Position numbers and translations under genes: made by a program. From the NCBI GenBank assembly GCA_965202745.1, contig CBDBCB010000021.1, positions 326,295 to 390,294 on the forward strand: DNA of 64,000 bases, in the 5' to 3' direction. This DNA is from Alphaproteobacteria bacterium (lineage in GTDB: Bacteria; Pseudomonadota; Alphaproteobacteria; Bin95). The notes beneath the pieces were generated by a model that saw only the letters and a program-made list of their open reading frames with translations, did not search any database and was not told the DNA's origin. Of the stretch, positions 9,567 to 17,882 are shown piece by piece (positions within the stretch are counted from its first letter, which is position 1; each line of letters opens with the position of its first letter).

Positions 9567-10631
9567 ATGAAGTTCGGTTGGCTGACGCTGGCGTTGTCTC
9601 CCTCCCCGGAAGAGGACGCGCAACGGATTGACGATCAGATTGCCCAGGTGTGCCTGGCCGAGAAGCTGGGCTTTCACGATGTCTGGCTGACGGAGCACTA
9701 TTTTACGGGCGAGAGCGTCTACAACGACGCCATTCTGTTTGCCAGCGCGCTTGCCATGCGGACGGAGCGGATACGGTTGGGGTTTGCGGTCGTGCAGATG
9801 CCGTTCCATCACCCGGTACGGCTCGCGACGCAATTGGCGCTGTTGGATAATCTGTCGAAAGGCCGGATCGATGTTGGTATCGGCAAGGGGACCGTGTTCA
9901 ACGAGTACGAATTTGTCGGCCACGGTCTGCGCTCCGATGATGGGCGGGAGCGCATGGAGGAGGGGCTCGACCTGTTGCAACGCGCCTGGACGGAAGCGCC
10001 GCTGAAGTTTGAGGGCCGGTTCCATCAGGTGGAGGTGCCGCAAATCCGCCCGCGCCCGGTGCAGCAACCGCACCCGCCGCTGTGGCGGAGTGTGATTTCG
10101 CCCGATTCGTTTGTGGAATGCGGGCGGCTGGGCATTCCCATTCTGACGGCGCGCTTGCCGGTCGATAAAATCGTGGAGCGCTGGGCTATGTATGAGCAGG
10201 GCCTGGATGAAGGCGGGCATGATCAGGCGACGCGCGAGCGTTTGCTGGCGCAGAGCGCGCTCTGGCGCAACGTGTATGTGGCGGAAAGCGATGCCCAGGC
10301 GGAGGACGAGCTGTCTGGCCTGCTGCTAGAGACACGCCATCACATGATGCATGTTCGCGATCAATATAACCCGCAGGACTTTACACCCGACCCCGTGACG
10401 ATGAATGCCTGGACCGATCCCGGCGTGAGTGACGCGGAGGCCATACCGTTTGTTCTGGAAACCGGCTCGATCTATGGCTCACCCGCGACGGTGGCCGAAC
10501 AGGTGGCGGCGTTGGGTCAGGCAGGCGTGCAGCATCTGCTTTGCCAGACGGGCTTTGGCGACATGAGCCAGGAACAGACGGTGGCATCCATGCGCCTGCT
10601 CGGTGAGCAGGTGATGCCGAAGTTTGTGTAG
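9567..10631 (+). CDS. LLM-class (luciferase-like) flavin-dependent oxidoreductase
   Basis: 354 aa. The N-terminus MKFGWLTLALSP...LGFHDVWLTEHYF is typical of the bacterial luciferase-like fold. Confidence 0.85.
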   Translation: MKFGWLTLALSPSPEEDAQRIDDQIAQVCLAEKLGFHDVWLTEHYFTGESVYNDAILFASALAMRTERIRLGFAVVQMPFHHPVRLATQLALLDNLSKGRIDVGIGKGTVFNEYEFVGHGLRSDDGRERMEEGLDLLQRAWTEAPLKFEGRFHQVEVPQIRPRPVQQPHPPLWRSVISPDSFVECGRLGIPILTARLPVDKIVERWAMYEQGLDEGGHDQATRERLLAQSALWRNVYVAESDAQAEDELSGLLLETRHHMMHVRDQYNPQDFTPDPVTMNAWTDPGVSDAEAIPFVLETGSIYGSPATVAEQVAALGQAGVQHLLCQTGFGDMSQEQTVASMRLLGEQVMPKFV

Positions 10632-10660
10632 GGCGCGCAGGTGATCCCCTGCCGTTGGTA

Positions 10661-11911
10661 TTACGCCTTCGCCATGGCTTCCCAATCGATGGGCTGGTAG
10701 CGGTCGATCTGGGCTGAAACGGCGGGCATTTCGTATTTCAGGCCTGTGGCGCAGTTGAACAATACGCAGCTTTCGTCGACCCTGATCCGGCCATCGGCGC
10801 GGGCGGCTTTGTAGGCGGCGTAGGTCGCCGCGCCTTCCGGGCAGAGCAGCAGGCCCTCATCGCGGGCAACTTCTTCCTGGCTGGCTTGGATGACGTCATC
10901 GTCCACGGCAATCGCAAAGCCGTTGCTTTCGCGGACGGCATCCAGGATGAGGAAATCGCCGACTGCCTGGGGCACGCGCACGCCATAGGCGATGGTCTTG
11001 GCGTTTTTCCAGCGGGTGGCGTGGCGCTCGCCTGCTTCATAGGCACGGACCATGGGGGCGCAGCCTGCGGCTTGCACCGCAACCATGCGCGGACGCTTCG
11101 AGCCGATCAGGCCGATGGCTTCCAGCTCGTCAAAGGCTTTCCACATGCCGATCAGGCCGGTGCCGCCGCCGGTTGGATACAGTATGACGTCGGGCACGTT
11201 CCAGCCGAGCTGTTCGGCTAGTTCGATGCCCATGGTTTTCTTGCCCTCGATCCGGTAGGGCTCCTTCAGCGTGGAGGTGTCGAACCAGCCCATGGGTTTC
11301 TTGCCTTCGCCGACGATCTTGCCGCAATCGTCGATATAGCCGTTAACCTTCCAGACTTTCGCCCCCTGAAGTGCTATTTCGCGCACGTTGATGTCGGGCG
11401 TGTCTTCCGGGCAGAAGATGTATGCCTCCATGCCCGCGCGGCGGCAGTAGGCAGCCATGGCTGCGCCGGCGTTGCCGTTGGTCGGCATGGCCAGACGTTT
11501 GATACCCAGTTCTTTGGCCATCGATACGGCCATGATCAGACCGCGTGCCTTGAATGAACCGGTCGGCAGGCGGCCTTCGTCTTTCACAATAATCGGGGCG
11601 GACGCTCCGTTGTTCCGCTCTACCGCAGGCAAGCGGACAAACGGTGTCATGACTTCGCCCAGCGTGATGACGTTCTCGGTCCGGCGCACGGGCAGCAATT
11701 CCCGGTAGCGCCACATGGTCGGTGCGCGGGTCGCCAGCACGTCCTTGGTCAGCTTTTTGGCAACGCCTTCCAGGTCATAGCGCACCAGCAGCGGCTTGCC
11801 CGCCTTCGAGATATTGTGAAGCGTGTCGGCCTCGTACCGGTCGCCCTCGTAGGCGCATTCCAGGTGTGTGACGAAGGTCTCAGTATCGGGAATGCCGTGC
11901 GGGTCGATCAT
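10661..11911 (-). CDS. thrC: threonine synthase-like PLP-dependent enzyme (ThrC family)
   Basis: 416 aa with the PLP-lysine motif PTGSFKARG, a glycine loop YPTGGGTG, and a Cys-containing N-terminal domain as in short-type threonine synthases. A housekeeping role is not proven. Confidence 0.75.
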   Translation of the reverse strand: MIDPHGIPDTETFVTHLECAYEGDRYEADTLHNISKAGKPLLVRYDLEGVAKKLTKDVLATRAPTMWRYRELLPVRRTENVITLGEVMTPFVRLPAVERNNGASAPIIVKDEGRLPTGSFKARGLIMAVSMAKELGIKRLAMPTNGNAGAAMAAYCRRAGMEAYIFCPEDTPDINVREIALQGAKVWKVNGYIDDCGKIVGEGKKPMGWFDTSTLKEPYRIEGKKTMGIELAEQLGWNVPDVILYPTGGGTGLIGMWKAFDELEAIGLIGSKRPRMVAVQAAGCAPMVRAYEAGERHATRWKNAKTIAYGVRVPQAVGDFLILDAVRESNGFAIAVDDDVIQASQEEVARDEGLLLCPEGAATYAAYKAARADGRIRVDESCVLFNCATGLKYEMPAVSAQIDRYQPIDWEAMAKA

Positions 11912-11974
11912 TGGAAGCCTCTGGGTTAGGGTGGTCGCTCAGAGCATAGACCGTTTGCCAAGAGAGACCAGCCC

Positions 11975-13447
11975 ATGCGACTCGCCATCGCCGGATTTGC
12001 GCTTGAAAGCGTTACCTTTCTGCCGGAACAGACGGATATTCCGGACTTTGAGCGCGGTGCGCAGAGAGGCGCGGCCCTGGTCAGAGTGCGAACGGGCACC
12101 AATACCTCGGTCGGCGGCTTCCTGAAGGTCTGTGCAGCGGAGGGGATTGAGCCGGTCGGGCTGGTCGATGCCGGCGCGGGCGCGGCTGCCTCTGCCAGTG
12201 AGGCGGCGTTCTACCAATATGTGGGAGAGATTGTGGCGGGCCTCGCCGCTGTCAAAGACACGGTGGACGGCCTGCTGCTGCATCTGCATGGCGCGCTGGC
12301 GACTCCGTCGCGGCGGAACGCGGATGCCCAGGTATTGCAGGCGATCCGGGTGGAGGTTGGCCCGGATTTTCCTATCGCCGTGGCCTTTGATCTGCACGGC
12401 AATATCGGGCGGGATGTGGTGGACGCAGCGACGGTGCTGGCTGGCTATCACTACTCACCACATACCGACATGGCGGTGACAGGGGAGCGGGCGGCGCGGA
12501 TGCTGGTCGCGCACATGAAGCAGGGCAGGGGGCTTGCCATGGGCTACGGACGGCCTGGCATTATCCTGCCCAGCATCTTTTCCGCTACGTGTTTGGAGCC
12601 GCTGGCAACCCTGATGCAGCACGCCCGCGACCTGGAGATGCATACGCCGGGCGTTCTTGATATCTCGATTTTCTGCGGGTTCGCTTACGCCGATGTGCCG
12701 GACTGCGGCATGAGCGTGGTGGTGGTGACCGATGGTGACGAGGGCCTGGCGCAGCGCATGGCAGAGCGGCTGGCAGGACTGGCCGCGGACTGGCGGGCGG
12801 TGCTGTTCCGGCGGGAATTGGTGCTGGATGTGGCGGCGGGGGTCGACCAGGCGTTGGCGATGGCCAAGACAGCAGACAAGCCGGTCTGCCTGCTGGATCA
12901 CGCCGACCGCCTGAACGATTCGACCTATACGCTGCGGGAGCTGCTGGCGCGGGGCAGCGGGGCGAAGGTCTTTGCACCGTTCATGTTCGACCCCGAAAGT
13001 GCGGCGGCCTGCGTTGAAGCCGGCACGGGGGCGACAGTGCTATTGCAGCTTTGCGGCAAGTCCTCGCCACAGGCAGGCGGGCCGTTGGCCGTGGCGGCGA
13101 AGGTTGTATGGGCTGGCGAAAAGGTAATTACGGTGACCGGGCCGCTCTACACTGGCGTAGAATTCAAGCTCGGCAACAGCGCGGTGCTGGACCTGGGCGG
13201 CGGGGTGATGGTCTCGCTGATTTCCATCCAATGGAGCGCCATCGACCGGGATTGCTTCGATCAGTTCGGTCTGGTGCCGGAGGATTTCGATGTGATCCTG
13301 CTGCGGAGCAAGACCCACTTCCGGCATGTCTACACGCCGATGTGCGAGGATATTCTGATTGTCGATACACCAGACTGGGGCCCGGCGGATGTCACCACCT
13401 TGCCCTATGAGTATGCAGACCGGGGCAGTTTTCCGTTTGTGCTGTAG
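11975..13447 (+). CDS. M81-family metallopeptidase (microcystinase MlrC-like; DUF1485 + MlrC_C architecture)
   Basis: 490 aa. N-terminus MRLAIAGFALESVTFLPE.... Overall match to the MlrC family from memory of the family pattern. Confidence 0.8.
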   Translation: MRLAIAGFALESVTFLPEQTDIPDFERGAQRGAALVRVRTGTNTSVGGFLKVCAAEGIEPVGLVDAGAGAAASASEAAFYQYVGEIVAGLAAVKDTVDGLLLHLHGALATPSRRNADAQVLQAIRVEVGPDFPIAVAFDLHGNIGRDVVDAATVLAGYHYSPHTDMAVTGERAARMLVAHMKQGRGLAMGYGRPGIILPSIFSATCLEPLATLMQHARDLEMHTPGVLDISIFCGFAYADVPDCGMSVVVVTDGDEGLAQRMAERLAGLAADWRAVLFRRELVLDVAAGVDQALAMAKTADKPVCLLDHADRLNDSTYTLRELLARGSGAKVFAPFMFDPESAAACVEAGTGATVLLQLCGKSSPQAGGPLAVAAKVVWAGEKVITVTGPLYTGVEFKLGNSAVLDLGGGVMVSLISIQWSAIDRDCFDQFGLVPEDFDVILLRSKTHFRHVYTPMCEDILIVDTPDWGPADVTTLPYEYADRGSFPFVL

Positions 13448-13483
13448 CCCTGCCGTATTGAACAACGCGCCTGAAAGGGAGGC

Positions 13484-14227
13484 TTGCCCATGACCTATTC
13501 CATTGTCGCCCGTGACCCGGAAACCGGCCATTTGGGGATCGCGGTGGCTAGCCGCTACTTCGCGGTCGGGGCGATTGTGCCCTATGTCCGCGGCGGTATA
13601 GGTGCGATTGCCTCACAGGCGTTTCCCAATCCCACTTTTGGAACGGACGGGCTGTGGTTGATGGAAACCAGGATGGCGCCCGAAAATATCGTAACCGCCT
13701 TCCTTGAGAGGGATAACGGCCATAATAACCGCCAGTTTCATATGATTGACGCCGCGGGCCGGGGCGCGGCTTTCACGGGCTTGAACTGTGTGGACTGGGC
13801 CGGGCACGTGAGCGCCGATGGTGTGTCGGTTGCAGGCAATATGCTGGAAGGCCCCCTGGTGGTGGAAGACACCCTTCGCGCCTACCAGGCAGCGATGGAC
13901 ACGCCCTTCATAGAACGCCTGCTGATTGCGATGCAGGCGGGCGAGGATGCGGGCGGCGACAAGCGGGGCAAACAGTCGGCGGCGCTGGTGGTCTATCGCG
14001 ACCAGAACTATCCGTGGCTGAACATCCGCTCCGATGATCATGGCGACCCGCTGTCCGAATTGCGCCGTCTCTATGCGGTGGCCCAGGAACGCTACCTGCC
14101 CATGGCAGAGATCATGCCGACACGCGAGAACCCGCACGGGCTCACCGACGAGAAACAGCTGACAGTTGGTGATTTTCCTGAGGGGCGGCATATCATGGCG
14201 TTGTTCCCGCGCCGCAATTCTCGCTGA
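13484..14227 (+). CDS. DUF1028-family (Ntn-hydrolase-fold) protein, 3' end interrupted by IS256 copy B
   Basis: MTYSIVARDPETGHLGIAVASRYFAVGA.... The last 26 codons, including the stop, are IS-derived. The native C-terminus (RSGIDAEIARLEEARLARGEASASFMRNKA*) resumes in frame at 15531. Confidence 0.7.
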   Translation: MPMTYSIVARDPETGHLGIAVASRYFAVGAIVPYVRGGIGAIASQAFPNPTFGTDGLWLMETRMAPENIVTAFLERDNGHNNRQFHMIDAAGRGAAFTGLNCVDWAGHVSADGVSVAGNMLEGPLVVEDTLRAYQAAMDTPFIERLLIAMQAGEDAGGDKRGKQSAALVVYRDQNYPWLNIRSDDHGDPLSELRRLYAVAQERYLPMAEIMPTRENPHGLTDEKQLTVGDFPEGRHIMALFPRRNSR

Positions 14228-15522
14228 GAAAAGGCTATGCCTCATGACGAGAGATACCATCACCGCGTTGCCCCATCCCAAGGGATTTTCCGCCGATCCG
14301 CTGACGGATTTGATCCGTTCCGGGGCGCGGCAGTTGATCGAGCAAGCGCTTGAAGCTGAGTGGAGCGCATGGCTTGCGCCATTTTCCAATGAGACGACGC
14401 CCGAGGGGCCCGCGCGGGTCGTTCGTCACGCTCACCTGCCAGAACGAGAGGGAATGACCGGGATTGGCCCAGTGCCCGTGAAAGGGCCACGCGGGCGGGA
14501 TCGTGATCGGCAGGCTGAGAAGGGTCGGTTCTCTTCTTCGATCCTGCCACCGTATCTGCGCAAGGCGAAGTCCGTCGAGGACTTGCTGCCCTGGCTTTCC
14601 CTCAACGGCATTTCCACGGGCGATTTTCAGGCGGCCTTGGCCGCGCTGCTCGGGCCGAACGCGGCGGGCCTGTCGTCCCCCACCATCTCGCGGCTGAAGT
14701 CCGATTGGTGGGAGGAGTACGACCGCTGGCAGAAGCGCGATCTCAGCGCCCGGCGCATCGTCTATGTCTGGGCGGATGGCGTCTATTTCCAGCCAAGGAT
14801 GGAAGAAAAGCAATGTGTTCTGGTGCTGATCGGCGCGGATGAATGGGGCCGAAAGGAGATACTGGGGCTGATCGACGGCTATCGCGAAAGGACCCAAAGC
14901 TGGCGCGCGCTCCTGCTCGACCTCAAGCGGCGCGGCCTCAATCACGCGCCCGATCTCGCGGTAGGCGACGGTGCACTGGGCTTCTGGGCCGCCCTTCGCG
15001 CGGTCTTCGGCGCGACCGCAGAACAGCGCTGCTGGTTCCATAAAACCGGCAATGGGCTGAAGGCAATGCCCCAATCGGTGCAAGCGAAAGCCAAAGGCCC
15101 CCTGCACGACATCTGGCAGGCAGAGACGAAGGCCGAAGCCATGGCGGCCTGCGATTTCTTCATCGAGACCTACGGCGTGAAAGACGAACAAGCGGTAGCC
15201 AAATGGATCAAAGACCGTGACGTGCTGCTGGCCTTCTATGATTTCCCGGCAGAACAGTGGAAACACATCAGAACCACCCATCCCATCGAAAGCGCCTTCG
15301 CGACGGTGCGCCACCGGACAGGTAAAACCAAAGGCTGTCTGAGCCGAAAGACCGCCCTCGCCATGGCGGTCAGGCTCCTGATGTCAGCGCAGGGCAAATG
15401 GCGAAAGCGCGACGGCGCAAATCGCATGCCTGGGATAATCCAGGGCATTGCATTCATCGACGGGATCAAACAAATGCAAAACGCCGCCTGATCAAGCCGT
15501 CACCAACTTTCGCCATAGCTCA
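14150..15522 (+). mobile_element. IS256-family insertion sequence copy B, flanked by an 8-bp target-site duplication TCACCGAC (14142-14149 and 15523-15530)
   Basis: Same ends as copy A. A perfect 8-bp direct repeat sits on both sides, as expected for IS256-family transposition. Confidence 0.9.
14166..15491 (+). CDS. IS256-family transposase
   Basis: 441-aa ORF, near-identical to the ORF at 3955-5280. Confidence 0.9.
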   Translation: MVIFLRGGISWRCSRAAILAEKRLCLMTRDTITALPHPKGFSADPLTDLIRSGARQLIEQALEAEWSAWLAPFSNETTPEGPARVVRHAHLPEREGMTGIGPVPVKGPRGRDRDRQAEKGRFSSSILPPYLRKAKSVEDLLPWLSLNGISTGDFQAALAALLGPNAAGLSSPTISRLKSDWWEEYDRWQKRDLSARRIVYVWADGVYFQPRMEEKQCVLVLIGADEWGRKEILGLIDGYRERTQSWRALLLDLKRRGLNHAPDLAVGDGALGFWAALRAVFGATAEQRCWFHKTGNGLKAMPQSVQAKAKGPLHDIWQAETKAEAMAACDFFIETYGVKDEQAVAKWIKDRDVLLAFYDFPAEQWKHIRTTHPIESAFATVRHRTGKTKGCLSRKTALAMAVRLLMSAQGKWRKRDGANRMPGIIQGIAFIDGIKQMQNAA

Positions 15523-15740
15523 TCACCGACCGCAGTGGCATTGACGCTGAGATCGCCCGGTTGGAGGAGGCACGGTTGGCCCGGGGGGAGGCGAGTGCTT
15601 CGTTCATGCGGAACAAGGCCTAACCGGGAGGCAAACCGGCCGCCGATGGCTTAATTTTGGTAGAATTACGACCATTTATGATTGTGGAATGGTTCGGGCG
15701 CGAACAGAGCATCAGTTGGTTAATGAATGGAGTGCCTGAC

Positions 15741-15850
15741 GCTAAACAGGCGGTCATCATTGGCTAAACTTAGCCTAAACCGCACCTAAACCGTTTGGTG
15801 CCTAAAAAGTTTAGTTTTGCGCATAAAAGTTTAGATAAGTTTATGCGTTT
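15741..15850. repeat. Block A: five 11-bp-phased NCTAAAC hexamers followed by a conserved core (AAACCGCACCTAAACCGTTTG ... TTAGTTTTGCGCATAAAAGTTTAG) and a 9-bp palindrome GCGCATAAA-N12-TTTATGCG
   Basis: Read directly. Homologous, in inverted orientation, to 24781-24920. Confidence 0.8.
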
Positions 15851-15937
15851 TCAAAAACGCGGAGTGGCGTCAACGCGCCGCCAAACCAGTAACTATTTGG
15901 TAACCTTCGTTAATGGTGAGGGTCTCCTGGCGAGGTC

Positions 15938-16896
15938 TCAGTTCTGAAGAAGCGTGTGGACGGGCTGGTCGCCGGGGCCGTGCAGAATGTCCTGTATCAG
16001 CCTGGCGGTCCGGTCTTTTCCCAGCCGGGCGCGGCGTTGGCCATTCTCACCAAAGGCGGCTACCGGCTGGATTTGGATGAGTTGCTCCAGCGCAGTGATG
16101 GCCGATCCCTGCAGCACATCGCCTTCGTAGGCGGCGGGGGTCAGGTCGCCTCGCGCAAAGGCATAGGCCAGCGTGTAGCTGAGCGAGAACTGGGCCATGA
16201 TCAGGCTGACTGGCGCGCGGTTGCCGCAATAGGTAACGGCTTCGGGGTAGATCTCCAGCGTTACGGCTGAAATGGCGGCAGTGGATGCTGGACAGCATCT
16301 GGCAGAGCGCCGCTGACGCCGCTGAGGCCAAAGCATCGCCGTCGGCGTGGGCGTACAGGCGGCGACCAGCCCCCAGGTGCCGTCTCGTGAGTGCCGGGCT
16401 TGGCGCGGAACAGGGCGCCCATGCGCCCGCCGAACTCGAAACCGGCCGAGACGGCGTCGAGCAGCGAAGCCAGGGTCGCGCCGGTGCGCATTGCAGCGCC
16501 GATGGCTGCCGCCACCGCGTGCAGGCCCGGTCTGCCATGGGCGAACGCCAGGCCCTCGCAGGCCTCGTCAGCGCAGGCGGCGAGCGCGACCACATAGGCG
16601 GCCTCCGCTGGGCCGAGTGTCGTGTCGGTGCCTAGGAAACCCGGCTGACCACTGGGCTGGCCCAGGTATTGCAGGTCGACCTTGCGCAGTCCGGCGACCG
16701 CGCAGGCCAGGGTATCCAGCAGCAATCGCCGCGCCGCGTGATCGGCGGCTGTGTCCAGTGGAGTCTGCTCTACCCACTGACCCAATGCGCGCATGCGGGT
16801 GTCGTAGAGGTCTGCCGCTTGATCGGTTGGACTGGTCATGATGATCCGAAGCGCCCGATTTCTTGGGCCTGAACGCTTCCGCACCGCGGTACGCAA
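15938..16896 (-). pseudogene. MmgE/PrpD-family protein, frameshifted and shortened
   Basis: Two overlapping ORFs in different frames (16261-16896 for the N-terminal part, 15938-16336 for the C-terminal part). The combined length is far short of the ~450 aa usual for this family. Confidence 0.7.
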
Positions 16897-16944
16897 CGGT
16901 GCGGAAGCTGCCCTTTGAGCCGCCGGATGAGGGCGGCTGTGGCT

Positions 16945-17712
16945 CTATTTGATGCCGTCTTTGTACGCATTCAGTTGCGCCTGCGCACCGGCAACCATGC
17001 AAGCCGTATCAGAGGTCAGCATGACCATGTCAAAGCCGCGCTTGATAGCGCCGGCGGCAAAGGCACCGCTGCCGCAATGCATAACCGCCTTGATGCCATG
17101 CTTGTGCGCGGTGGCCAGGATCTTGTCGCAGGTCTCTATATGCAGCGGGTCCGGGTTGTCGCCGCGCGGCGCAAGGCCCAGGGCATAGGACAGATCGGCT
17201 GGGCCGATATAGACCGCGTCAACGCCAGGGGTGGCGCAAATCTCTTCTAGGTTCTCAAGGCCTTCCTTGGTTTCGATCATCACCATCATGATGATCTCGT
17301 TATTGGCGGCTTCCTGATAGCCGGGTCCACCATATTGCGCCGCGCGGAAGGGGCCGGAGGAGCGCACGCCATCGGGCGGATAGCGGCAGGCATCAACGGC
17401 GGCTGCAGCTTCCTCGGCATTGTTCACCAGCGGCACGATGACGCCGTAGGCACCGATGTCCAGCGCCCGCATGATGGAGGCTTTGTCATTCCATTTGACA
17501 CGCACAAACGGCGCGGTGTCGGTTTGCGAGATCGCCTGCAGCAGGGGCAGAACGTGGCTCATTTCGTTGGTGCCGTGCTGCAGGTCAACGCACAGGGAAT
17601 CGAAGCCCTGACGCGCCATCATCTCGGCGGTAAAGCTGTGGGAAATGGAGATCCAACCCATGGTCGCCGGTTTGCCGTCGCGCCACATCTGCTTAATTTT
17701 GTTAGGCCGCAT
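16945..17712 (-). CDS. HpcH/HpaI-family aldolase (2-keto-3-deoxy-acid aldolase / citrate-lyase-beta-like)
   Basis: 255-aa TIM-barrel aldolase pattern (GVIVPLVNNAEEA, MIETKEGLENLEEI, AVYIGPADLS). Confidence 0.85.
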   Translation of the reverse strand: MRPNKIKQMWRDGKPATMGWISISHSFTAEMMARQGFDSLCVDLQHGTNEMSHVLPLLQAISQTDTAPFVRVKWNDKASIMRALDIGAYGVIVPLVNNAEEAAAAVDACRYPPDGVRSSGPFRAAQYGGPGYQEAANNEIIMMVMIETKEGLENLEEICATPGVDAVYIGPADLSYALGLAPRGDNPDPLHIETCDKILATAHKHGIKAVMHCGSGAFAAGAIKRGFDMVMLTSDTACMVAGAQAQLNAYKDGIK

Positions 17713-17882
17713 GGTATTACCTTCAATGGTTTATGTAGGGGATAGCGGCTCCGTTTGCGCTCTGGCAGGCAAACGGACCGCCGATCCGGCAAGATGGGTA
17801 ACTTGGCTTTTTATGGCGAAGCGGTCGAGCTCCTATCGACATGGGGCCTGACGATCGGGACCAGAGGCAGAGATACCGTAGC

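Noticed and set aside
15806-15836. dif (XerCD) site call for TTTGCGCATAAAAGTTTAGATAAGTTTATGCG
   Set aside because: The left arm matches the XerC half-site GCGCATAA, but the spacing between the inverted arms is 12 bp, not the 6 bp expected. No convincing XerD arm. Only noted inside the block-A finding.
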